NCBI RefSeq assembly: GCF_900083515.1
Contig: NZ_LT671858.1
Location: 1,290,001 to 1,322,000, forward strand
DNA from: Cuniculiplasma divulgatum
GTDB taxonomy: Archaea; Thermoplasmatota; Thermoplasmata; Thermoplasmatales; Thermoplasmataceae
Direction: 5' to 3'
Length of the DNA stretch: 32,000 nucleotides
The notes beneath the pieces are model-generated. The model saw only the letters and a program-made list of their open reading frames with translations. It was not told where the DNA came from and did not search any database. This document shows positions 10,182 through 18,688 of this stretch, piece after piece; the stretch's first letter is position 1, and each line of letters begins with the position of its first letter. The position numbers and the translations under genes were made by a program.

Positions 10182-12003
10182 TGTAATATGTCTCCCACAG
10201 TTCATCTGGAAAATGACTTCCAAAAGATTCAAAAAATGGCCTTACGGTTTTAAGTTCTTCAAGAAATCCTTTCCTATCTATAAGGAGTAATTGATTCATG
10301 GTGTTTTTATCTATCGTTCCATAATCGAATGAATCCAGTGAAGGTACATAACCCATAGGAGTTTCAACAGCGTCTGTTATTTCTCCATTTACCCTTCCCA
10401 GTATCCATTTTACCACGTACATGTTTTGGCTGTATCCTGGCCATAAAAATCCCCCACTTTCATTTTTTCTGAACCAGTTAACATTGTATATCCGAGGTGG
10501 TTTTTCAAGTTTCTTTCCCATTTCTAGATAATATTTGAAATAATCTCCCATGTTATAGGGCATGAATGGCCTCATTGCCATTGGGTCATTTCGTAACTCT
10601 CCAACCTTTCCAATTGCAGCTGCAGTAGTCTCTACCCTCTGCATTGCGCCAAAGAGGACGCCTTCATCCCAGCTTCTGGCTTCCATTATAAGTGGCATAA
10701 GATCACTTCTCCTTCCTCCGAAAAGGAAAGCACTTACTGGTGCTCCATTTGGGTTTTCATAGTCAGGAGACAGATTTCTGTATTCCTTTATTGGAGTGCT
10801 GAATCTGGAGTTGGGATGGGCGGCCTTATCCGTTCCATCAAAAGGTTTCCCCCTCCAGTCAATAAGACCTTCGGGCACCTCTGACATACCTTCCCAGTAT
10901 GGACATTTTCTTGAGTCGATTCCAACGTTCGTGAATAGAGTGTTTCTTTTGATTGCATCCATTGCCCTTGGATTTGTTTTATAACTCGTGTGCGGAGCAA
11001 CTCCGAAGAAACCATATTCTGGATTTATTCCTCTAAGTTGACCATTTACAGGATGCATCCAGGTAATATCGTCACTTACCAGATAGGTGTCCCATCCTGC
11101 CTTTAGAAAATCATCGGGAGGCTGTAGCATAGACAAATTAGTTTTGCCGCTTGAACTTGGAAAGGCCCCAGAAATATAGGTCATCCTTCCAGTAGGTTCT
11201 CTTATTCCAATCATCATCATATGTTCAGCCATCCATCCCTCTCTCTTTGCCCTGAAAGAAGCTATTCTCAGTGCATGGCATTTTTTGCTAAGCAGAGCAT
11301 TTCCTCCATAATTTGTATTGAAGCTTATCACGGTTCCCATTCCATCATTTTCGTCTGGAAAATGCAAAATGTATCTCTTTTCTGGGTTAAGATCTGCTGT
11401 AGCATGCATTCCAAGAACGTATGAGTTGCTCAAGGCTATTGGCTTTGCAGTAACCCTACCTACCCTGGTTATTTTCATAAGGTTTAGAACGACATACAGA
11501 CTATCTGTAAGCTCTATCCCACCCTGCCCAAAAGGAGAATCTATTGGTCCAAGCCAGTATGGTACAATATAAAGTGTTTTTCCCTTCATCGCTCCTTCGA
11601 GGTTTGTTCTTGCTATTTCGATGGCTTCATCAGTATTAAGCCAGTAGTTTGTTGGTCCCACATCATCATGAGAACCACGTGTGCATATGTATGTGTCCTT
11701 TTCAGATCGGGCTACGTCGAACGGTGCACTTCGGTAAAGATAGGAATTTGGATATTCAGTATCATTCATTTTGATCAATAAGTTTTCTTCAACAAGACGG
11801 TTAATTACGTCCTGCTCTTCGTATCCTTCTATTACTTTTATATCTGGCTTTCCTACGAGGACCCAGTATTCTGATATATCCCTAAGTGTTCTTTCCATGA
11901 GACTGGTATTGTAATTACTCATCGCTCTAAAGAACACACTATCTTTCACCAAACTTTCAATTTCTTTTTTCTGATTTTCCATTTCTTCTGCAAGCCCTAA
12001 CAT
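10153..12003 (-). CDS. pckG: Phosphoenolpyruvate carboxykinase (GTP)
   Basis: Roughly 620 aa with the GTP-PEPCK kinase-1a loop FPSSSGKTNLSML and full-length family resemblance (WMAEHMMI, YNVNWFRK). ATG 12003 is preferred over GTG 12018. A TTTTTATA box at 12033-12040 (minus strand) would place the transcription start near 12010. Confidence 0.92.
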   Translation of the reverse strand: MLGLAEEMENQKKEIESLVKDSVFFRAMSNYNTSLMERTLRDISEYWVLVGKPDIKVIEGYEEQDVINRLVEENLLIKMNDTEYPNSYLYRSAPFDVARSEKDTYICTRGSHDDVGPTNYWLNTDEAIEIARTNLEGAMKGKTLYIVPYWLGPIDSPFGQGGIELTDSLYVVLNLMKITRVGRVTAKPIALSNSYVLGMHATADLNPEKRYILHFPDENDGMGTVISFNTNYGGNALLSKKCHALRIASFRAKREGWMAEHMMMIGIREPTGRMTYISGAFPSSSGKTNLSMLQPPDDFLKAGWDTYLVSDDITWMHPVNGQLRGINPEYGFFGVAPHTSYKTNPRAMDAIKRNTLFTNVGIDSRKCPYWEGMSEVPEGLIDWRGKPFDGTDKAAHPNSRFSTPIKEYRNLSPDYENPNGAPVSAFLFGGRRSDLMPLIMEARSWDEGVLFGAMQRVETTAAAIGKVGELRNDPMAMRPFMPYNMGDYFKYYLEMGKKLEKPPRIYNVNWFRKNESGGFLWPGYSQNMYVVKWILGRVNGEITDAVETPMGYVPSLDSFDYGTIDKNTMNQLLLIDRKGFLEELKTVRPFFESFGSHFPDELWETYYNVKSRLEKW

Positions 12004-12075
12004 TTTTGAACCTAACACTTCATTTTTTAAGGTATAAAAAGAATTTGTCCCAATATTAAGTCAATTGCATATATC

Positions 12076-12096
12076 CTCTATTTAAAATATATAGAG
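12076..12096. repeat. Inverted repeat CTCTAT-N9-ATAGAG in the pckG/regulator divergent intergenic region
   Basis: 6-bp arms read directly from the sequence. The spacer TTAAAATAT is itself TATA-like. Confidence 0.55.
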
Positions 12097-12164
12097 TTAA
12101 ATCTAAATCCCCTCTTAGTCCCGAGTTAAGAAATATTTTAATACAATGAGATCCATTAAGGTCG

Positions 12165-12947
12165 ATGGATTCATCAATCTCCTTGAAGGATATTAATGTG
12201 AATGAGGTATCTTTATTCATAAAAATCTTGAAAGGGGAAACGAACCTCACTCTAATGGCAAAAGATCTTGGAATTACACTCCAGGGCGTAAGATATTATA
12301 TAACTACTATGAAAGAAAAAGGATTTCTTGAGGACTTTAAGATCACTCCTAAGGGATATGAATACCTGAGTTCTGTGATGAAATTGCTAAAAGGTTTTGT
12401 TGTTGAGGGGACTGACATCATTTTTAAATCAACTGACTGGGAGTGCATTAGTGACAGTAATTTCAAAGCCGGAGAAATTGTTTACCTTCATATGGATGGA
12501 GGGTTTCTGCATGCATGTAAACAAAGCAAAAATAATGAGGCAGAAGCCATTGCCGTCGAAAGTGCAAAGGCAGGAAATAAGCTGAGAATAAGGGACATAA
12601 AGGGTATAATAAACATTAATTTTGGGACAGTATGGATAGAGACTATAGAGAATCTAAATGAGAACAACTCCGAAATAATCAGAGATAGAATAATAAAATT
12701 AGTAGAAACCGAGAGAGAGAATTTCAGGATATTTGTAATGGGAGAAGGTGCCTATTCCATACTTTCCAGTGAGATTGACGTGAACATATTCGCACCTCTT
12801 GCCGGAGCCTTTGATTGCGCAAATAGAGGACTAGACTCAAAGATATACACAACCGCTGAATCCCTTAACCTAAATTTTGAGGAATTTTCTGCACTCAAGG
12901 AAAAATTTCCCAATGTGAAAACCAATCTTACAACCTTTAAAATATAA
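12165..12947 (+). CDS. Winged-helix DNA-binding protein with an uncharacterised ~180-aa C-terminal domain (putative transcription regulator)
   Basis: N-terminal HTH-like segment LTLMAKDLGITLQGVRYYITTMKEKGFLE. No recognisable motifs in the remainder. An AT-rich TATA-like element lies about 27 nt upstream of the ATG. The gene is divergent from pckG. Confidence 0.6.
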   Translation: MDSSISLKDINVNEVSLFIKILKGETNLTLMAKDLGITLQGVRYYITTMKEKGFLEDFKITPKGYEYLSSVMKLLKGFVVEGTDIIFKSTDWECISDSNFKAGEIVYLHMDGGFLHACKQSKNNEAEAIAVESAKAGNKLRIRDIKGIININFGTVWIETIENLNENNSEIIRDRIIKLVETERENFRIFVMGEGAYSILSSEIDVNIFAPLAGAFDCANRGLDSKIYTTAESLNLNFEEFSALKEKFPNVKTNLTTFKI

Positions 12948-13107
12948 TATTGAAAGTATATTAGTCAAAATATTCGAACAAAGGTTAGTTGTCCATAGTT
13001 TTTATTCACTATGATGAATTTAAAAAAGTGGATCAACATGTATCAATATTTAAATAATAAGAAATTATGACTAGTTCATACACAAAGAGGTGCAATGATG
13101 GAGGACG

Positions 13108-13503
13108 ATGAAGGTGGCCGTGGGAATTCATATTCTAGCAGACATGTATGGTATAGAACCAGAGCTTCTGGAGCGAAAAGAGAATTTGATGGAGATAATT
13201 GAGAGGTCCATCAGGGTTGGAAACCTCACAAAAATTTCATCGGATTACTATCAATTTGAACCAGTAGGTGCAAGCGGTATCGTTTTACTAGCTGAATCTC
13301 ATATATCATTCCATACCTGGCCAGAGTATGGTATGATTGCGCTGGACCTATTCACATGTGGAGATCCAGAAAAGGCAGATATAGCTTTTCAGTACATTAA
13401 GGAAAAGTTGAATCCTAAAGAAGTTCAGTTCGTAAAGCACGAGCGTGGTTCAAAAGTGTCATTAAGTAATGCACCCCAGCCAGCTGCAACTCAGTTTGTT
13501 TAA
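13108..13503 (+). CDS. speH: S-adenosylmethionine decarboxylase proenzyme (pyruvoyl-dependent, SpeH type)
   Basis: Self-cleavage/pyruvoyl site AESHISFHTWPEYG and downstream DLFTCG. GGAGG lies 4 nt upstream of the ATG. Confidence 0.9.
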   Translation: MKVAVGIHILADMYGIEPELLERKENLMEIIERSIRVGNLTKISSDYYQFEPVGASGIVLLAESHISFHTWPEYGMIALDLFTCGDPEKADIAFQYIKEKLNPKEVQFVKHERGSKVSLSNAPQPAATQFV

Positions 13504-13511
13504 AGCTGGTA

Positions 13512-14420
13512 ATGAACCGTAAACAAAATTTCTTAATTTTAGCTGTATTACTTATTGCTGGTTCTATCGTTTTTTTTACCCGGGAGCCAGTAATTATTAT
13601 AATTTTCATTATTGCGATAATTTTTGGACTCGACATGAGTTCTGATGAATTGTACGAAGAGATTGAAAAGATCACTGGAAGGAAACCGGGTTTGTTTTAT
13701 GGACTGACACTCTTTTCATTTCTAACAAGTTTTGATGAAATTGCTGTATCGGCTAGCTCTATTGCAGAAGGATATCCAGGCATATCCATAGGAACACTTG
13801 TAGGATCCATTGTTGTTACCCTGTTGATTTTTCTTGTTATTCTAAAATTTTCCAGAACTAAGATTGAAAAAAGATACGCTCCCTTTTTATTAATAGCCCC
13901 AGTTTATATTCTTCTCCTAGTAGTACTTCATATGGAAGAAGTTCCGGTAATATTACTTTTAACCATTGTAACTATAGGTATTTCGTTTTTCGCATTTTAT
14001 TATCTTAGCAGTAAAGAAAGAATTACGGAAGTGAAAGTTGATAAGAAAGAAAAACAGGTTATTGGGACCAATATTCTGGAACTTATCATCTTTGTAGTTA
14101 GCATATTAGTTTTTTCACTGTACCTATCGCGGGGCACAGCTTCCATGGGGATCGATTTGAATATAGGAGAGGTCAACTCAGGATATATTATACCAGGTAT
14201 TTTAGGCTCAATTCCTGAGATAGTGGTCATAAAGAGTTCTATAAAGAGAAATGATTCAAAGAGTGTTGCAGGGATTATAACTGGCAGTACTGTTATAAAA
14301 GGTGGAATTCTGCTTCCCTTACTTGCTTTTGCCTATAATTATACTCCAGCCTATAACAATATTACTATTTCTGGTAGTGTCGCCATCCTGATTATTACGA
14401 TCATTTTAATTTTCTTATAA
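13512..14420 (+). CDS. Membrane protein, Ca2+/cation antiporter (CaCA/YrbG)-like
   Basis: 302 aa and multi-pass hydrophobic. Two alpha-repeat-like segments, GLTLFSFLTSFDEIAVS and GILGSIPEIVVIKS, compare with the canonical GTSxPE. It starts 8 nt after the speH stop. Confidence 0.55.
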   Translation: MNRKQNFLILAVLLIAGSIVFFTREPVIIIIFIIAIIFGLDMSSDELYEEIEKITGRKPGLFYGLTLFSFLTSFDEIAVSASSIAEGYPGISIGTLVGSIVVTLLIFLVILKFSRTKIEKRYAPFLLIAPVYILLLVVLHMEEVPVILLLTIVTIGISFFAFYYLSSKERITEVKVDKKEKQVIGTNILELIIFVVSILVFSLYLSRGTASMGIDLNIGEVNSGYIIPGILGSIPEIVVIKSSIKRNDSKSVAGIITGSTVIKGGILLPLLAFAYNYTPAYNNITISGSVAILIITIILIFL

Positions 14421-14535
14421 ATCTGATTCATGCTTCTACAAGACCCCAAAATTTCTAACTTATGAGTTTACGAATCTATAGTGGATTGATCTATAATATT
14501 ACTTAAATATCCAGCAGCAGTCCTGTGCATGAATC

Positions 14536-16278
14536 CTATACTCTCGTTCCCCAGAAAATATTCTCTTTTCTCTTTATTTTAATAATTTCTTCCAGCGTTT
14601 CCATCGTTTTTTCGTCCAGTGATCTTTCCTTAAGTTTTTTTACTACATCTTCAGTTATGTCTACGTATATAGGCTGATCTGCAGAAATTTGCCTGTTAAG
14701 GGTAACTCCATCAATTGCTACGGCAACTTCCTGGCCAGCTTCAGCAAATCTTTTTGAGACTTCTCCATCTCTTATGCTTTTTATGGTACCAGCATACTTG
14801 CCATCATCCCTTATCATGTTGTCCCCTACCTTTATCCTTCCAGATAATATCTTTACTCCTACTATAATGGGTTTTGCAGCACGGAAAATATATTCTGGCA
14901 TTATAACCAGCTTTGATGGAATCGGCATACCCTGCTTGCTTTCCTCGTCCATCTCCTCCTTCTTATTTTTCAACCATTTTTCAATTTCCTCAATGAGTGA
15001 ATATATAACCTTTGAAGCAACAACTGCAACATCATAGTTCATTAAGTTATTTTTAGCGTCGGTTGAAAGATCAACATTAAATCCCGCGAGAATTCTATCC
15101 ATCTGATCGGGGAGTGTTGAGACATCAATCAGGTCTCTCTTACTTATTTCACCTATCTGAGTTGAACGAATCTTGATACCACGGGTTCCAAGCTCAAATG
15201 CAACTGCCTCGAGTGAACCCAGAGTATCTGCCTTCAGCGTGATACCATGTTCATCCAGATCTATCTTTACCTGACTCTCCTCCTGCAGTTCTTTGATTAT
15301 GGAGTCTATGTCGCCCTTGGCTTCGATTAGGGTTGTGCCAGGAATCACATCAAGCTTATCTGAAATTGCAATTCTTACCCCAGATGCGGAGTTTACGACA
15401 CTTCTTTCTGTAACCTTTGTTGATTTTGAGGAAACATTAGTGAACAGTGCCTTAATTTTTGTCTCCTTCGGGCCTTCTGATGTATTTACATATACCGCCA
15501 TTCCAGTTTTTAGTTTTCCCTGATATAGAATTGAGTCCAGAGTCATTCCCAGTGACTCTTCCCTTCTTATCTCAAGGACATTTGCCTTTGCCAGGTTGTT
15601 TATCAGTGCAATTGAAGGTGTAAGAAATCTTTGTGCTAATCCTGAGATTGTCATGAGAATTTCGAGTATTCCTATGGAATATTTTGCACTTGACGGCACT
15701 ATGGAAACATTTTTGGTAAAATCAGTTATTCTGTCAAATCTATCTGCCGTAAGATTGTGCTGGTACAGTTGATTTATTATAGCATATAATTTGTTGTCCA
15801 ACTCATCAATATATTCCTGTCTTTGCTCCTTTAGGAACTCTGAGAAGCTCGTATTTTCTGGTTTAATAAAGTAAGCCAGTGTATCAATCTTATTGGCTAC
15901 TATTATGAAAGGTGTTTTAAATTTTCTAAGAATATTTATAGACTCAACCGTTTGAGGCATTATACCATCGTTTATGTCTATTACAAGTATGGCTATATCA
16001 GCCAGAGCACCTCCCCTTGTCCTCATATTTGCAAAGGCAACATGACCAGGAGTATCAACAAAAAGAAGGCCTGGAATCTTGAACATTTTTGAAGAAATCT
16101 TTCCTCCTGAAATCTCAATAATACGCTGGATACTGATCTCAGTTGCACCAATCCTTTGTGTGATACCTCCTGACTCCTTCTTCATGAGGGAGGTTCCTCT
16201 AATGGAGTCTAAAATACTTGTTTTACCGTGATCAACGTGACCAAGAACACAAACAATTGGTTGTCTGAGGGCTTCCAT
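14536..16278 (-). CDS. infB: Translation initiation factor aIF5B (IF-2)
   Basis: GTPase motifs VLGHVDHGKTS, DTPGH and NKID. Length and position downstream of ndk match the conserved archaeal cluster. Confidence 0.95.
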   Translation of the reverse strand: MEALRQPIVCVLGHVDHGKTSILDSIRGTSLMKKESGGITQRIGATEISIQRIIEISGGKISSKMFKIPGLLFVDTPGHVAFANMRTRGGALADIAILVIDINDGIMPQTVESINILRKFKTPFIIVANKIDTLAYFIKPENTSFSEFLKEQRQEYIDELDNKLYAIINQLYQHNLTADRFDRITDFTKNVSIVPSSAKYSIGILEILMTISGLAQRFLTPSIALINNLAKANVLEIRREESLGMTLDSILYQGKLKTGMAVYVNTSEGPKETKIKALFTNVSSKSTKVTERSVVNSASGVRIAISDKLDVIPGTTLIEAKGDIDSIIKELQEESQVKIDLDEHGITLKADTLGSLEAVAFELGTRGIKIRSTQIGEISKRDLIDVSTLPDQMDRILAGFNVDLSTDAKNNLMNYDVAVVASKVIYSLIEEIEKWLKNKKEEMDEESKQGMPIPSKLVIMPEYIFRAAKPIIVGVKILSGRIKVGDNMIRDDGKYAGTIKSIRDGEVSKRFAEAGQEVAVAIDGVTLNRQISADQPIYVDITEDVVKKLKERSLDEKTMETLEEIIKIKRKENIFWGTRV

Positions 16279-16290
16279 ACAATAATATTA

Positions 16291-16297
16291 CACCTCA
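16291..16297 (-). promoter_or_regulatory. TGAGGTG stop/Shine-Dalgarno junction (ndk stop, infB RBS)
   Basis: Minus strand TGAGGTGTAATATTATTGTATG. The spacing to the ATG (12 nt) is on the long side. Confidence 0.4.
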
Positions 16298-16744
16298 GAA
16301 TAGATTTTCATCCCCATAGGTAAAATCGAGAATTTCACTGCTATTGAAGAATATTGGATATTCGTGATTGAAAGATTCTACAGAATCTGAAGCATGAATT
16401 ATATTCTTATCAATGCTTATGGAGAAATCCCCTCTTATTGTACCGGGTGATGCTTTTGAACCGTCCGTTGCGCCAACCAGACCTCTTACGACTGATATGG
16501 CACTGTTTCCTTCAGCCAGAATCGCTATTATTGGACCACTTGTAATATAAGAAACAAGATCATTAAAAAATGGCTTATCCTTGTGAACAGAATAATGTTT
16601 CTCAGCTTTCTCCTTACTTAATTTCATCAACTTGAGTCCTTTTATATTGATGCCCTTTTGTTCAAGCCTTTTTATTACTTCTCCTGACAGTCTTCGTTTA
16701 ACTCCATCAGGCTTTATTAAAATAAGTGTTTTTTCTGCTGCCAT
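16295..16744 (-). CDS. ndk: Nucleoside diphosphate kinase
   Basis: TLILIKPDGV, GATDGSKASPGTIRGDF, and NIIHASDS (active-site His). The start shares one base with the rpl24e stop (TAATG). Confidence 0.95.
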   Translation of the reverse strand: MAAEKTLILIKPDGVKRRLSGEVIKRLEQKGINIKGLKLMKLSKEKAEKHYSVHKDKPFFNDLVSYITSGPIIAILAEGNSAISVVRGLVGATDGSKASPGTIRGDFSISIDKNIIHASDSVESFNHEYPIFFNSSEILDFTYGDENLF

Positions 16745-17025
16745 TATTGACTGCCTTCTTGATTATTAACTTCTGTACTTACAGGCTCGCTTTCGACCTG
16801 TTTGCTCTGTTCAAGATTGTGGGCTTCTGATGCTTTTCTTATGGCCTTTAAATTTTGGTATTCTCTTGTCCATTTAACTTTTCTTGGTACTCTTTTCAGC
16901 TTTGTTTGATTTACCCTGCATTTTTTACTGCAAAAGTTTATGATAGCTCCATCTCTTCTAATATAAACCATTCCAGTTCCTGGTTCGATTTCTGTTCCAC
17001 AAAAACTGCACTCTCTGCTGACCAT
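16744..17025 (-). CDS. rpl24e: 50S ribosomal protein L24e
   Basis: MVSRECSFCGTEIEPGTGMVYIRRDGAIINFCSKKC zinc-ribbon core. Start moved to ATG 17025, which is preceded by GAGGTGA-N5. The GTG at 17034 in the ORF track is less likely. Confidence 0.93.
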   Translation of the reverse strand: MVSRECSFCGTEIEPGTGMVYIRRDGAIINFCSKKCRVNQTKLKRVPRKVKWTREYQNLKAIRKASEAHNLEQSKQVESEPVSTEVNNQEGSQ

Positions 17026-17030
17026 AAAAT

Positions 17031-17240
17031 TCACCTCATTGAAAGCTTCTTAGCTTCCCTGGCGGTTTCTCTTAGCATCAATATGTCTCCAACTTTAACA
17101 GGACCAAGGACGTTTCTGGCTATAATTCTTCCCTGATCCCTGCCAGCCAGTACCCTAACCTTAACAGTAGTAGCCTCACCGGTCATACCAGTTCTACCCA
17201 TTAATTCAACTACTTCAGCTGGTGTTGCATCATCTAACAT
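17031..17240 (-). CDS. rps28e: 30S ribosomal protein S28e
   Basis: [25 protein letters not shown]...[30 protein letters not shown] is the canonical S28e sequence pattern. Confidence 0.95.
   Translation of the reverse strand: MLDDATPAEVVELMGRTGMTGEATTVKVRVLAGRDQGRIIARNVLGPVKVGDILMLRETAREAKKLSMR
17032..17038 (-). promoter_or_regulatory. TGAGGTG(A) stop/Shine-Dalgarno junction (rps28e stop, rpl24e RBS)
   Basis: Minus strand ATGAGGTGAATTTTATG. The in-frame stop is the second TGA. Confidence 0.5.
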
Positions 17241-17246
17241 TTAATA

Positions 17247-17253
17247 CACCTCA
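17247..17253 (-). promoter_or_regulatory. TGAGGTG stop/Shine-Dalgarno junction (rpl7ae stop, rps28e RBS)
   Basis: Minus strand TGAGGTGTATTAAATG. GAGGTG is complementary to the conserved 16S 3' end. Confidence 0.5.
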
Positions 17254-17619
17254 CTTATTGAGGTTTGCTACTTCTGATGTTATCTGCTTGAGTAGTTCCT
17301 CATTCTTCCCTACGTCTGTAATTGAAATTGAAGCAGTTGACCCTATTGCTACTTTCGATCCAAGTTCGGATCTTGTTTTCACATAGGCAAACGGTACTTT
17401 CCTCTCTTCACATAACTTAGGGATAAAGTATACAACCTCTGGTGGGTTTACATCCTCGGCTATTACAACGAGCTTGCTTTCCCCCCTTTCTATTGACTTT
17501 ATAACCTCATTTGTACCTTTTTTGATTTTTCCACTTCTATAGCAATTCTCTACTAATTCCAGAATCTTTTTCTCTAAAGACTCGGGAGTTTCAAACTTGA
17601 CATATGTTGTTTTGTCCAT
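17251..17619 (-). CDS. rpl7ae: 50S ribosomal protein L7Ae (kink-turn binding protein)
   Basis: YVKFETPESLEKKILELVE...GKIKKGTNEVIKSIERGESKLVVIAEDVNPPEVV. Start set to ATG 17619, which lies downstream of AAGGAGGAG. The GTG at 17637 coincides with the predicted transcription start. Confidence 0.95.
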   Translation of the reverse strand: MDKTTYVKFETPESLEKKILELVENCYRSGKIKKGTNEVIKSIERGESKLVVIAEDVNPPEVVYFIPKLCEERKVPFAYVKTRSELGSKVAIGSTASISITDVGKNEELLKQITSEVANLNK

Positions 17620-17668
17620 GCTTTTCTCCTCCTTCACAGAGTAAAACGTTAACTTAAGATTATATAAA
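17620..17668 (-). promoter_or_regulatory. rpl7ae operon promoter and leader: TATA box TTTATATAA (17660-17668) and SD AAGGAGGAG
   Basis: Minus strand reads CTATTTATATAATC...GTGAAGGAGGAGAAAAGCATG. TATA-to-ATG spacing predicts a transcription start near 17637. Confidence 0.45.
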
Positions 17669-17691
17669 TAGTTTATTGGTAAAATTGAATT

Positions 17692-18582
17692 TTATTGAGG
17701 TTCTATGTGAGTTGTATAATTCAGCACATCCATGATCTTACTTTCTACAATTCTTGGTATTGTGGTAATTGGGTCCGGTAATTTTCCCTTTATGTTATGT
17801 TTCCTGTAGAATGCTGCATAGACCATTGATGGAAATGGATATTCATTAACCATTTTAAAGAATTGATTGAATATTCTCTGTGTCTTCGTTGCCATAGATA
17901 TATTTCCATCTACAAAGTATTTATAAACGTCTGTAACCAGTGGATTTATATTTGTGGTTCCGCAAACTCCTCCTTTAGCACCTATAGAAAGTGCCTGTAG
18001 TAGAAGATCATCCTGCCCCTGAAACACCTTCAAACTATCAGAAAAATTGGCTGCAACTTCGTTAAAAAATCTTATGTCTCCTGATGAGTCCTTGATACCC
18101 TCAATTCTACCAATATTTTCTACAAGAGATTTCATTGTATCTATTTCAACTCTTGAACCTGTGAACTGCGGAATGTTATAAATATAGAACTTTCCTGAGA
18201 AAACCTCTGACACCGCCTCAAAATGCCTTATTATCCATGATTGTTCTGCCTTGTTATAGTATGTAGGTTGCAGGACTATCTTATCAAATCCCAAATCTTC
18301 TGCATATTTTGCCATCTCCCGTGCTTCCTCGGTGTTTTGTGAGCCAACTCCTACCAGTACTTCAAAATTTGAAGCCTCTTCCTGAATCATTTTCAAAAAA
18401 GATTTTTTTGTTTCCAGAGTCATCAAATTAAAAAGGCCGTTGCTTCCGAGCGGAAATATTTTATTAATTCCAAATTCTTTCATGTCATCGAGAAATACTT
18501 TCAGGTTTTCCCTTGAAGGTTTTCCCTCACCGTCAAATGGAGTGATCATTGGACATATTACTTCGACATTAGATGTTTTCAT
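17692..18582 (-). CDS. DapA/N-acetylneuraminate lyase-family class I aldolase (KDG/KDPG-aldolase or dihydrodipicolinate synthase-like)
   Basis: 296 aa. N-terminal ICPMITPF and Schiff-base lysine context GIKDSSGD are typical of the DapA superfamily. The exact substrate cannot be assigned from sequence alone. Confidence 0.78.
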   Translation of the reverse strand: MKTSNVEVICPMITPFDGEGKPSRENLKVFLDDMKEFGINKIFPLGSNGLFNLMTLETKKSFLKMIQEEASNFEVLVGVGSQNTEEAREMAKYAEDLGFDKIVLQPTYYNKAEQSWIIRHFEAVSEVFSGKFYIYNIPQFTGSRVEIDTMKSLVENIGRIEGIKDSSGDIRFFNEVAANFSDSLKVFQGQDDLLLQALSIGAKGGVCGTTNINPLVTDVYKYFVDGNISMATKTQRIFNQFFKMVNEYPFPSMVYAAFYRKHNIKGKLPDPITTIPRIVESKIMDVLNYTTHIEPQ

Positions 18583-18688
18583 AGTTCCACATTACAAATT
18601 ACCGTAAAAACATTATTTAAATTTTCCTTAAGATAATTTTTCTTATTTTTATGAGATTTTATTTTATACTGATTAGGGATTGCTATTT

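Noticed and set aside
12056-12250. 64-aa minus-strand ORF in the pckG/regulator spacer
   Set aside because: It overlaps the start of the wHTH gene and the promoter-like AT-rich spacer. Nothing supports it beyond being open.
13005-13107. ATGATGA heptamers upstream of speH as a C/D sRNA or regulatory leader
   Set aside because: No CTGA D or D' box occurs anywhere in the spacer. The second heptamer-like string overlaps the speH ribosome-binding region.
14424-14534. 8-nt inverted repeat GATTCATG ... CATGAATC, 95 nt apart, between convergent genes
   Set aside because: The arms are too short and too far apart to be distinguished from chance.
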